From the NCBI GenBank assembly GCA_039906565.1, contig JBDMAX010000536.1, positions 225,716 to 289,715 of the forward strand: DNA of 64,000 nt, written 5' to 3'. The notes under the pieces were generated by a model. It did not search any database, was not told the origin of the DNA, and worked only from the letters and a program-made list of their open reading frames with translations. This document shows, piece by piece, positions 10,466 to 23,100 of this stretch. Source of the DNA: Aegotheles albertisi (Eukaryota). A program made the translations under genes and the position numbers. Each line of letters begins with the position of its first letter. Positions within the stretch are counted from its first letter, which is position 1.

Positions 10466-13400
10466 ATTAGCTTATCTACGAGGATGCTCCTTCACGCAAT
10501 TGTTTTCATAATAACGGGGTATTGGGCAGTCTGAAACCCTGCCTCTAGAATCTTACACAAAGTTTCACTTTGCTGCCCATCTGTACTGCGAAAAGGAATG
10601 GATTCAGCCCTGCTCTTTGCAGGTATTGATAGATCCTAGTTGATGCTGGAGTAAAATTGTCTGTGTGTGTTCTGATTCCACTAACGCAAATTCATTGCTC
10701 GTGCTTGGGTAACAGCTGTTGGCCACAGAGATTGATGCTTTGCACATTCCCAGGGTGGGTTGCTGGGTGACTGTAATTGATGCCATTAATTCAAGGGACA
10801 CAGGGCAGAGGTGTTACAGAGACTCACTGTGCATAACAGTGTGCTGCACAAGCTGCACTTCCCAGCTGGCACACATGGATACAACCCCTTTTCATTCTGG
10901 AGTGATGCTGATGTTTATTGGTTATGGATTTAATGAGCATTTTAAACCTGTTCCCTTGGGGGGTTGTTCCTGATGTAGTATTCAGCATGTATTTCTCACA
11001 AAAAGCAGTGTCTAAGAGGAGGAAGCAATTCCCAACTAATAAATCAAGAGAGATATACTTACAAAGTAATTTGTTTTTCTTCCCAAACTGGAGTCCTTAG
11101 CTTAAATCTTTCAGGAGACATTTGTGAACTGAATCCCGGCTGCCTAAGTGGATTTTCTTTCAGTGTTGCTAAACACTGAGATTCTATTGGTGTGTGCACA
11201 CTACCAGCAAGTGCGAGTACAGCTGCTACATGGCAACTTGTAAAATCTAAGGTGATAGACTCCAGAAGGTCATGGAGTGCAGCTGAACATTAAAATAGTT
11301 TGCAGATGACCTCCTAGCAGCTCCATTAGCAAGGACTCTACTGTTCACAGAAACCCAAGCTGAACACTAGACAGTAACAGTGAGCTTACATTCTGCGATT
11401 AGATGTATGGCAGATTGATTTTTCTTCCCCACTATAGGGAGCGAGTTCTTTCATTGCTGCTTTTTTGTTGTCAATACTGTTTAATCAGACTGACAGAAGA
11501 TGGGCAGCTGGTGTGGCAGCTCCTGGTTAGCAGTGCTGTCCTGCAGGGAGTCTGGCTGTTGAGTCGGTGCCAGGGGAAATGTTCCATTTATTTTTACAAA
11601 GACTTAAAGTCCCTTTGTGGGTGTAAAGTGTTTGGTCTGCTGCCAATTGTTCCAGAGCATGTGCCTCTGCTTGTGCCATTATGAAGATCCATAGGATATT
11701 GAGGCACTGTCATTAAATTTCCTTACTACTGATGTTCTCAGGACTCTCGTGACTGAAAAAACATCACCTTGAGAAATTTTATTTTTATGACGTCTCAAAT
11801 ATGACCCACTGCCTTTGAAACTAGTTCTGCATAGGGGCAGTAGCTTGGTTCACAGAAGATGCTCTTGTCACCCTTTCACAAACCTCTTGTGCTGTGTTTT
11901 CACACTGCAGGTCTGGGACAATTACCCACAGCCACCTTGGCACTGGCGAGAGGAGAGAGAAGAAGAGAGAAGCAGTGTGGGATGTGGCAGCACTAAATCG
12001 TCTCTGTCCCCTCTGGGCTGTTGACTTGAAACCCTTGGTCTTTGCCACACCTTTGAGATGAAGAGCAGATGAACATGCATCATTGCTTTGATGTTCCATC
12101 TCTGTTAATGAGATGTTGAGGTGCTCATATGCAGGAAGTTGCTCAGTTCCCCCGATTTTTTTTCTCAACAACTTTCTGCATTATTTGTGATACCAACCAG
12201 TTGTTACCCAGCTCCCAGCTATATAAGCAGGCAGATACTTGTTTCTGACTCTGGGCAGAAAATAGTATGGCTGTGGACATTAGCTTCCACATGGGTGTTG
12301 GGTTTTGGTTTGGTTTTGTTGGTTTTTTTTTTCAAAAGACTTCAGGGATTAAATTCCCAGGTAGTGAAACAGATGTTGGACCATTAAAGAGAGTGAATGA
12401 CAACAGCTGGACAGCTGGTCTTAAGTCCTGACAGGCAAATAGAATTACAATAGTGTTGTAAAAAGCCTTTTTTCTCCCTGTTGTTCATATTCAGAAGCTG
12501 AAATACATGAGATAAGGAGTTGGCATCATGGGAAACATTGTGCAAACTGGACCATCTCAAAGCTATGATCATTGCTTGTACTGCAGCACTTGAAAAACTT
12601 AAAAATTTGAGCTTGAATGTTCAGCATCCTGATGATACTGACTGGAAAGAGGCCAAATTTCCCCTACAGTCTCCCTTCTAAAGGATGTGACTATCCAATA
12701 ATGTCTCCCCTGTTCTTCTGGCTTAGGGAGGCAGCTAGGAAACAGATACACAGACTAGAAATGCTTTCTCTCTCAGAGTAGCCAAAGCTGCAAAAAAAAT
12801 CCAGACTTTAGAGAACATGCTTACAAACAAAGGAAGCTTTGCTGAGTCCAAAGCGTGCCTTGGGCCAGCTTCCAAGAGTAGTGAAGGAATATTTTGGCAG
12901 AAACCTGGAGAAAAACTGACACTTGTGCCAGCTGCTGCTCTGCTGTTCACTGAAGTCAAGCTGTGGCCAAACAGAGCTTCCCTGCCTGAGCCAGTGCAGT
13001 TCTCTGCCCATGCAGACAGTCATAGCAGGCAGCATCAGGTGCTATTCATCCTGAGGGGGGGGGGAAATAAGCCAGGGACTGTTTGCCTTTCTCACCAGGA
13101 AGAGAGATTTATTTAAATTAGAGACCAGCATTGTCATTTTCAGCTGCTTCCTCAGATTTCACGTGTGAGAAGTTGGACAGGAAATCTTCCTTGGTCAGGC
13201 AGGAATTCAGGATCTGCCTTCTGCTTTAGTCCTCCTGCAAAATAGGCAGGTTTCAATCAGCAAGCTTTCCACATGCAAATTATATGTCAGAGCCCAGCAA
13301 TGGACACCAGGCCAGGTGAGCAGGACAGAGTCATGCAGCAAAAGCCATTAAGCAGTCACTGCCCTTGGGGATCAATCATTAATAATGATGTATACCCTCC

Positions 13401-14948
13401 ACTTGAAATTATAAAACGGTCTCTCAAGGTCTCTTTGAAATGCCTTAGCCAGGTCCCTGTGTTTCCCAGATCCTCCTCAGATTTCTTGTTGTGTAAAAAA
13501 AACACTAAAACTGAGACAATCATCAGAAAAGAAATCCCATACAATGATATCTGGGACCACCCTGCCAGTCCAGGAGCTGTGGCACCAAGTACTGCCCTGA
13601 AGCCTGAGCCTCAGTCCTCAGCTCCCTGTCAGCAAGTCTCCAAACTCACCTGCAGCTTCCATAGTGAGTTACTTAAGGGCAGCCCCAAGGTGGGGGGATA
13701 AGAGTTAATGGGGTGTTTAGGCATTTTTAAGGCATGGAAGAGTAACTATTCTGTGGTGGAAAGGAGACGCAGGTGCTGGGAATCAGCTCTTATTGCCTGA
13801 GGCTTAAATAGAATCTTGCTCTACAAAAAGCAGGGTGAGATTGTAGTTGGGTTGGATCTTTTGGGTTTCTGCTTCTGGTCTGGGCCTTTCTCTGGATTTA
13901 CTGAGTTGACCAGTTTTCATGCTTTTTTTATGGCCTGTGGGTGACATGATCCCACCCCATTAAAAAGCAAAATTTGTCTTCAAGCATCCCTGTAGCAAAG
14001 GAGAGAGCTTGTGATGAGGAGGAAGGAGGGGGGGAGGCAGGGGGCAAATCTTCTGGAAAATGATAAGGAAAAGAAAATGGTAAAAGTGTTACTTGTGCTT
14101 ATGAGTTGCAAGGCACGGGGAAGCGAGTTTGTCTGCTGGGCTCGGAGTTTCGTAGTCCTGGAAGACGCTGTAGGTCAGTCCAATAGGTCTGAAATCTAAC
14201 AGCCTCAAAGATGAGGGCTGTTATGGGAATCTGGTTGGGCATCCTGGGGAAGGCTGTAAGAGCAGCTGCTGTTGTGCTCTTTCTGCCTTGCGTGAGGTGG
14301 AGGACAGGTGCACTTTGCATCTCACCTAACTGCAAAAGCAGTGAGGCCGTGTGCTGGAACAAAGTCCCCCCTCTTAATGCTGGGGTGCTGCTTTTTGCCC
14401 CTTGCACAAATAGTACAGGGAAATAGAGAAAGAAACTAACACAGCCATGCACAGGGTCTGCAGCTCTTAGGTACCTGCTTTGGGAATGTGGTGAAAAGCG
14501 TGCACGGTACCAGTGCAGACAAGAACCCTTGAGTGCTCTCGACTCACTCAGAGTAAAACTGCTTTGGTCCTCTAGAAGCATGGGTGTATCTCCTTGTCTG
14601 GAGTTCTCACCATGTTGAGAGATGACCCTTAATCCTCCAGCCCCTGCTGACATTTAATAAAACTGGAAAGACAGATGTCTTTTATATATAATTTGTTTTG
14701 CCCCTGGGATTAAATAACTGCTGAAACATCTTTCTCCTTAGAAGTTTGAATTCACTTTTGCCATGAACAGAGCCAAGAGTGGCATGCAGAAGGGCTGAGG
14801 AAATGTGATTTAAGATGGTAACCTTTACACTGTGTTTGCAGTAGGGCCACGTGGCTGTCTGGTCATCTTAGCTTTAAGGGATCTAAGATACATTCAAACA
14901 CAGCACTTGAACTAGTACCTGTTACACAGCTGATAATTAGTCCCACAG

Positions 14949-17664
14949 CTACTGTGGAAGTGTCCCAAGTGTGCTGAAGTGGCGATAAGACAAGGAATAC
15001 CAGTCTGACATGTCAGGCCTGAAAAAGAGCAGAAAAAGTGCCAATCTCTGCTTTCCTGTTACAAGCAATTTGAAAATGTTTTCTGTTTCCAGACAGCGTA
15101 TAATCACAGAGTTACTTCTGAACCAAGTGACCTGGTAGTCTTGAACTACCTGTGTACAATAATATGTCCACTTTGTTCCAAAATGTGTTCCAAAAATGTG
15201 TTCCAAAATTTGTGGGACAAGTTCCTTCGTGCGGGAGGAGACTGGTCAGTACAGTGAGGAAACGCAGGGACAGAGCAGGCAAAACAGGACAGTTCTGTCC
15301 CTGCTACAAACCTACTGCAGAGCTGAGCACTCCAGCTATCCAGATGAAGGGATAACTTATTTAAAAAGAGCAGACAAAAGAGTAGGAAATGAGCCATGTG
15401 CAGCTCTAAACAGCCAGAAACAATAGGGCACCGGTCACACCTCAGGTTACACTCTTTGCTCTCCCTGCCAATGTGCTCTGCTGCAATAGTTGCTTCCCTG
15501 CAACCATGAGCAATGCTGGAGGCCTTGTGTGAGAGGCTTAAGTACATGAAACTGGGTGTTGGGCACCGTGTGTGTACCAGGGTATCTGTACAACGCTCTA
15601 AGCTGTAAAGACTGGGAATCTCTATAAATGTGTATGTTCAGCTTCTTTCTGTTCCTGCTGTTACACTTAATTGTGATTGTCCGGAGGGGGGACAGAGGCA
15701 ACTGCAGAGGGGAGAAACTCCCCTGTATTTTGCCCATTATACGGATTATGCCCTCTTCTGAGTTTGCTGAATAGAACTATTTCTGCACAGACAAGCTGCT
15801 GTAGGTGGGGCTGTTAAACTGTCAGATTGCCCTTTAACTGCCTACTGCTTTTATTCATGTGACAGACCGTGGAAGTTAACCCAGTAACTATGTGCTTGCT
15901 TTAACACCATGGTTCCTGGTAAATCAAATAGTGAATTGAAGCTTTTCAGATCAATAGGAAGATTCATTTTGTATACCTCACTGCAGCTGATTTGTTGAAG
16001 GCTGTTGTTAATGGATTTAGTGTTGTCAGAGTTCCTGATGTTAGATTACAGCCTGCAATTGCGAGAGATGGTGGCCTGGTCCTCTCTGGGAGTGGAGGAT
16101 AAAACTGAGCTCCGATTCCAACCCAAAGTGCCATAAGAAAGCCAGTGACAAGACCCACAAATGCACCCTGCAAAAGAAAACAAAAACTTAGATTTACACA
16201 AGTAAAGGGCATTTGAAAAAAACCAACAGCTAGATGAGTAGGACATGGTCAAGATCATCCAAACTGTAGGCTTCATAGCAAAAATTAAATACACAGCTGG
16301 GGAGAGCTGGGGAATTTACTTCATTCCCCTTTTAGGAAATACGGTGTTTGCTCACGGCTCCTGTGCAGACCTCTGTTTATTTCGTCACTATGCCTTTACA
16401 ATCAAAGGACAACTTTGGGCTCCATGGTGTATGGGAAAATACTGCTTTGTTTCAGGCCCTACTTGAACAAATACAGAAGCAATTTTTCCATTTTCGCATG
16501 TGAGCTGTTTTTGCAAGTTTCTTCCACTTCAGGGTTGGGGTTTGTTTGGCTGACAGCTAGCGATTAGTTTTTGGTGGTTTTTAGTATATACATAAAATTT
16601 GCAACTGCAGAAAGATGTAAAGGAAATGTCCTCACAGAAAGTATCAAAGACACCTCCTTTGCTGACCAACATAAAATTGTTTGGGGAAGAGACGGATGGA
16701 GATGCCCAAAACTATCAATGAATTTTGGATGAACAGAGCTTTAAATTTCTACTTACAATTCCATTGGCAAAGGAGCAGAGGATGCCCAAGGAAAACAGTC
16801 CTAAAAGGGGACCACCATTTGTGCCAAAAATGCTGAGTGCTGCCTGAGGAAGGAAAAGAGTGTGGTATCAGGTGCTGTGCAAGAAAATTAAAGCCTCCAA
16901 TGTGTCAAGAAGGGAAGATGTTGAGAAGGAAATTACAATATTACAATTAACTGCTTGAGAGAGTCCAGCGCAGAGCCACAGAGATGATGAAGGGAGTGGA
17001 ACATCTCCCTTATGAGGAAAGGCTGAGGGAGCTGGGGCTCTTTAGCTTGGAGAAAAGGAGACTGAGGGGTGACCTCATCCATGGTTACAAATATGTAAAG
17101 GGTGAGGGGCAGGACGATGGAGCCAAGCTTTTGTCAGTGATGACCAATGATAGGACAAGGGGCAATGGATGCAAACTGGAGCACAGGAGGTTCCATGTGA
17201 ATCTCAGGAAGAACTTCTTTACTGTGAGAGTGCCAGAGCACTGGAACAGCTGCCCAGAGAGGTTGTGGAGTCTCCTTCACTGGAGACATTCAAACCCCGC
17301 CTGGATGCGTTCCTGTGTGATGGACTCTGGGTGACCCTGCTCTGGCAGGGGGGTTGGACTGGATGAGCTTTCGAGGTCCCTTCCAACCCCTAGGATTCTG
17401 TGAATATTTTTTTTTAACTGGTGCATACTTGGCTGGCAGGACTTCATACAGCTACATGGGTGCTTAAAGCAGAGGCTGAGCCGTGGGCTGTTTGAAGCCA
17501 GTACCCAACAAAGAATAAACACTAATCTCATCATGATATCCAGCAATTATTTTCTCACATAATTCAACATGGGCATGAAAAAGCAGTCTGGCACCTACCT
17601 GCAACGTGGCTCCCAGGAGATGCCAGCACAGCCACAGCGATGCAGACTCCACCATAAAACAGGC
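14949..17664 (-). pseudogene. SLC5A8/SLC5A12-like (sodium-coupled monocarboxylate transporter) gene fragment. At least 4 exons: 17599..17664, 16757..16839, 15977..16167, 14949..15018. It carries a 1-bp frameshift and a premature stop.
   Basis: Translations: 17599..17664 gives LFYGGVCIAVAVLASPGSHVA (human SVVYGALCIGMAALASLMG). 16757..16839 gives ALSIFGTNGGPLLGLFSLGILCSFANGI (human [30 protein letters not shown]). 15977..16167 gives [30 protein letters not shown] (human [30 protein letters not shown]). 15018.. gives RPDMSDWYSLSYRHFSTLGTLPQ* (human DNWYSLSYLYFSTVGTLVTLLVG). Splice phases 1/2, 0/0 and 2/1 are consistent, with donors gtaggt, gtaagt and gtatac. After FSTLGTL the homology continues in the -1 frame (TVAVGLIISCVTG...LDP). 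Confidence 0.75.
16960..17401 (+). mobile_element. CR1 LINE 3' fragment.
   Basis: ORF 16984..17334(+) gives [32 protein letters not shown]...[14 protein letters not shown]. Ends with ggttggactggatgagctttcgaggtcccttccaacccctaggattctgtga at 17350..17401. Confidence 0.9.
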
Positions 17665-19514
17665 CTGTGTGGGAAAAGCAGAGATGTGCAAATCTGCCAC
17701 AGTTTGACAAGCCCTAATGGAAATGTTTCTGTCTAACCCAGCATGGTCCCTGACATCTCCAAAACAAACCTGCTAGCACCTGGGTTTTTTCCTAAGAGAC
17801 CTTGAAGTGGCCAAAAGGTCAGGTTTCTGTTAATTAGGCAAACCTGACCAAATCCTCTTCCTGTATATTACTAAAGATCAGTTGCTAAATGGCAGCCATG
17901 TGGATTGGTCATAGTGGCAATGCCACACAGATTGTTCGTATTGCTCAGCTGATCTCCTGTGTCATAGTCCTTATTTTGAGGGAATGATTTTTGCTTCTCA
18001 GTCCAAAGTCTTTGGAGCAAGAGGGTAAATGCTGGCAGGTAACTGGCAGCTGATGCTGTGATAAGGAACATCCTGAGTCACCAGGACACAGTGACTTGTC
18101 CCAGGAACCGTAACACTTTGTTTAAGAAACTGCTCTCAGGTGAAAATATTTAATACTTGTCACCTGTCACCAGTTTGCTGTGCTCACTGGTATGGGCTAT
18201 GACACCATGTTGGGACTGGTTTTTCCAAACTCACTGCCAACACTGTCTTGGGCTACACCTGCAACCGGTCACAGACACTGCAACTAGCAGAGATGGCAAT
18301 CACAATTCAGTGGTCCAAACCATCTGCTTGACCCAATTCTGACCCTCTTTGAGCTACATCAAACAGAGGAGCTAAGCAGACTGAGGGGCTGAGAGTGTAT
18401 CAGAGAAGACATGAAGCTTCTCATTCTCTGGAATGTTATTGGGACACAATGCTATTGTTCACATATCAGTTCAAAAGGTTTGCTACAAATCATTTCCTTT
18501 GCTTCTCATTTTTGACAGATGAAAGAAAAGTAACAGCCGTTTCAGGCTGAGACATTTGGCTTTGTAGCATTGCGACTCAATACAGATGCAGATCGATACT
18601 GAATAGAGATGCAATGAGTCTTCCCTACTTGAAGATCCAATATGCTGGAAAGGAACACTGTTTTTCAAGGCTAAGTTCCCAATGGTTGGGGGGGGAAGGA
18701 CCTTGCTAGGGGAGGAGATGGGTGGGGAGAACAATTTGTTTTTCATGGTCAACAGTGGCTGCTTGTTGTGTGTGGCAAAAAGAGCCATAATGCCTGAGCA
18801 CCATGTATTTATGCTCTGTCATGGCCTTAGCTGTAGCTCCCCTCAGCATGTGGGGAGACAGTGGGGTTATTGTATGTTCAGTTACTAAAGGGGAAGCCCT
18901 GGGGTTGGTGGCAACCCCTTGCTCTCTGGGTGTGGAAGCTGTGGGTGGCTCCAGACCAGGTGCCAGTGCCTGGTTGCTGCCTCCCAGAGACAGTCCTGGG
19001 AGGAAATGGGGGGTTTGTTGCTTTACAAGGGCAACTCCTGTGTTGTGTAAGCGCCGCACTGCAGCTCCGGAGGCAAAGGAGTGCTGGTGCTGACTGAATG
19101 GTACCCCACACTTTGATCTGGGGCACCCCGCCTCCCAAACCTGTCCCAGGTTTGCCTTTCCCAGGGGTGTGGGGAGGTGGGGGGCAGAGCATCTTTGTGC
19201 CAGCTGCCTGCAATGTAAACCTCGTGCACATGGCGAAACGTGGGAATTGCCCATTGCTCCCCTCATCTCCCAAGCAGACTTTGTCAGGGGACAGGCACTC
19301 AGACGGCACCACCGAAGCCAGCAGTGTAATTCCTATCTTTGCACACATGGTCTCACACCCAGTGGGATGCTGGGAGCCACCCTCGGACTCCCTTCCCAGC
19401 AGGCAGCCACTGACCAAGAGCTCTCCTCAGTGCCGGCCCTCACAGAACCCCTGCGGGGGTCTTGCAGGCAGGACATTGACCTCTAATGTGGTGTTTCTCT
19501 GTGTGTTGGTGCAG

Positions 19515-19644
19515 GGCCCTCTACACCAGCCTGGTGGGCCTCTGGGTGACCCAAGCCTGCACGGCCCTGTGTGGGCTGTCCCTCTGCTCCATCTGCAAGG
19601 ACTGCAACCCATGGATGTCCCAGCAGGTGTTGGCATTTAACCAG
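19515..19644 (+). CDS. Single SLC5A8-like exon on the plus strand, opposite to the other SLC5A8-like exons.
   Basis: gtgcag|G GCC CTC TAC ACC... translates to ALYTSLVGLWVTQACTALCGLSLCSICKDCNPWMSQQVLAFNQ, followed by a gtaggg donor. Human SLC5A8 has [45 protein letters not shown]. The frame is intact within this exon. Confidence 0.7.
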
Positions 19645-20139
19645 GTAGGGCCCCACATTTCAGGGGAAGGTGGCAAGGGGAAATCCTGCCTCTGCAGCCA
19701 GAACAGGTGGAAACCTGAAGGAAAATAAGTTATTCCTGTCAGTCAGATTCTTTTGGTGGAAACTGGAAACAAGATACTAAAAAGACCAACTTGTCTGTGA
19801 AAAAATGGTTCACCAGAAGAAAACCTTAAAATTCCTATTTCTTTCCAACTCTCGTATGTTGCAAAGGCCAACAGATGACAGTTTCCATGATAAGGAAATT
19901 GCTCTCGGGTACCCTCAGGTTATCAAACTGTATCCAAAACCCTTTTTGTGGAGTTAACAGCAGACAGAAGCATCTACTGTGGCACCCAAGCCCAACAGAG
20001 TGATGTACAATACAGACTATCTGCTGCCATACGCCCTTGCCAGTGGAAACAGAGCCTGACGGCACGCTCACCTCTGCTGGGTGCTCTAAAAAGACTGCAG
20101 GATCTCAAGTGGATGTTTTAGGATTGGTTTTCTCTGTAG

Positions 20140-23100
20140 AATGGCCATGGTTGTGACTGATGAACCGTGGGACAGTTAAGGGCACATCTTTGCAGTCCAC
20201 AGCACCCTTTGGGACTTTGCCTCTCCTGCCCTTCCTGAGAGAAAGTGAGAGGGCTGACAACTGAATTTCTGCCAAGGCAGCAAACAGAGGTGTGAGGCAG
20301 GGGGTGACCAATACAGTGACAGACCCCGGTTAACTCCCTCCTTTGGGAGAGGGCAAACCCATAACCAGTGTTGCCAAATCTCTAAGACTTCTAATAAAAT
20401 TCCAAGAGAGGTCATTTTCCGATTGCTGTGTGAGCAAAGTGTGAGCAATGCAATGTAATGTGGTTTTAATACCTAGGTATGGTCTTCTAAGAAAAACATC
20501 AACTGGAAATTGCATTTTCCTGCCTGCAAATGAAGCAATAATTTATATTTTGTTTCTCAGTTACTGCAAATGTATCTATGCAGGAGAGGAGAAGCGGTGC
20601 ACACTTTCAGAGGTTCCCAGGTGGTGTTCTAGGAAGCAGAGGCACCACTCTGACATGTCAGTGCTTGCATTAAAAATGTAACCGCTAACCAGTCACTGCT
20701 CTAGCACACACCCTGGGGCCTCTCTGGATGCCTTCGAAATCCAGCTCTTACCTTTCAGGCAGAAATTTCAGAAGACAAGCCCATGCCACACCAATCAGTG
20801 AGAAGTGTGACGGCGGGCGCTGGGGTTTCTGTCACCAAGGAACACCCGGTGCCATTTCTGACTTGCCCTGTGTGTGCCTGCAGTCCTGGTGGGAGCACAA
20901 GCCTGCACCAGACCACACTGCCACCCTGAAATGGTGTGAAGACCACTCTCCAAAACAGGCTGCTGGTGCTCCTCTCCTAGGGCTGCCTTACGAGGAAATA
21001 CTCTCTGCTATTGGCTTTGGCACTGCACAGGGTGGTGCAGTGATGTTCTACTACGGACCATAGGATTGCCTTCAAATCCTCTGGCCATCCACATGGTGCT
21101 GGCTCATGCTCTTCGCAGAAATGATGGTGATTTAATTCACACAAAAAGGAAACGGACTTGCCTGCAGCATCTCAGGACTAGAAGGTGGACTGAAAGGTTT
21201 GGAAAGCAACCACATCTCTCATCAGAACAAGGTGAAGCATCTCCCACTGTTGCGACTGTGTGTTTTGTGGTGTGATGTTTGTTGTGATTCTAAAGTGAAG
21301 AGCCTGACTTCACCTGAAGCAGTTTATTCCCATTAAATCAATTGCTCTTAAACATTCTCCTCCTATCTCCTTCAGTCACCTCTTCAATCCTCTTCTGTGC
21401 TCTTTATGAGGTTTTGAAATCCCCATTAATAGGTAGCAGTAAGATCTAATGAAAATGGACAAAAGAGACAGAGAGTGGGAAGAGAAGGATCGATGCTGCT
21501 GCTGTTCCCTCCTCCCCACCCTGGCTAATTCCTCCAGCCCCTGCAGCTGCAAAATCCTGGTGAGCAATGCCAGGCACAGATCCCAGAAGACAGAGAGCGA
21601 GTGAGATTTGAGTACCTTGATTGCCACTTACCCTGTGCACTTAAATAATTAATTCCATCCTCATTACAGCTAGATGAGCCCCAGCAGCTTTAGGTTCTCA
21701 CTCCTCAGTTGAGTCACCTGCAAAAACAGCTGTTAAGAATTTCTTATGAACATCGGGGCCCTCCTCTTGGGTTGCCTGAAACATTTAGGTCTCTCTCAGG
21801 TGTCTGGGCACAAACAGGAACCACCTTGGGTTTAGATCAAGACTGACTAGAGAGCTGCAACTTCTCTTTTGCACATGCAGCCCGGGAAGCTGACCCAGAC
21901 CAAGCCAGCCCTGCAGATGGGGGATTGCTGGGCAGGTCCATCCTGACAGACCTCTCCCAGCACACACTTGGAGCAACCCTAACCCAAGTCAGAACCTGAA
22001 GCTGAACCTACCCACAAAGTGTGAAACGCTGTCATTTGGAGATCAGGCTGATGCAAGTCTTTTCTGCTGAAGAAATGCAGAAAATGGAAGCAATACAGGA
22101 CCTCCTCTGCTCCCTCAGGGATCACACGCCTTCCGCTGAGCCGTGACGCCACCTCAGAGATAACTCAACGAACCCCAACAGAAGAGACAACCACACCAGG
22201 CCCCTTCAAAAGCAAACCTGCACACGTGTGTTAATGGTGACCACGGGCAGATGTGAGCATGACCCTTCAGATATTCTGGGTGTCGAGGTGGGACTAAACC
22301 GTATCGCTGAAGGAAGAACAGGCACGCTCGTTAAGACAGGCTCGTTAAGTTTGCCACCAAATCTCTACAGCAGCATTTGCGAACACTGTTCTGCTCTGGG
22401 GATCCGGAGACGCATCCAGATAACGCCGAAGCATCTCCCAGTACCATCCAGTACCAGGCCAAGAACCAGACCTCTGAACACGTAAATGGACCAAAACTCA
22501 CACTGCGTCCCCCCCTTCTCCTGGCGCTGGGACAGGATTTGTGGCAGTGACTTGATTCCACACGCTGGAAAAGCTCAAAGGTCACTGCCGGGGGAAACTG
22601 GAGTTCCCTGGGTCTCAGGGTAATTCTAGAGCTAAAGTGGGGATAGACATCACCTCCACATCAGATAATACATGCCAACACTCATCACTGACCCAGGAAG
22701 CCAGCCTCCTCCTGCCCTCCCCAAGAGCTGCACAGCCAACACGCTTTCTGCCCCAAACAGGACGCTGCCCGATTTTTTTGTGACCCCAGTCACACATTCC
22801 CACCACCCACGCAGTGAAGAACCTCCTAAAATCCAGTCTAAATCCATCTTCCTTCAGTTGGAACCCGTTCCCCCTCGTCCCATCACTCCCTGCCCTTGGC
22901 ACCAGTCCCTCTCCAGCTTTCCAGGAGCCCCTTCAGGCACTGGAAGGTGCTTCAAGGTCTCCCTGGAGCCTTCTCTTCTCCAGGCTGAACACCCCCAACT
23001 CTCTCAGCCTGGCCCCAGAGCAGAGCTGCTCCAGCTCCCCGAGCATCTCCGTGGCCTCCTCTGGACTCGCTCCAACAGCTCCGTGTCCTTCTGATGCTGG

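Noticed and set aside
17871-18071. Minus-strand peptide ...QLSNTNNLCGIATMTNP..., a possible further SLC5A8-like exon (cf. [22 protein letters not shown]).
   Set aside because: The similarity is too weak and gapped to call without an alignment tool.
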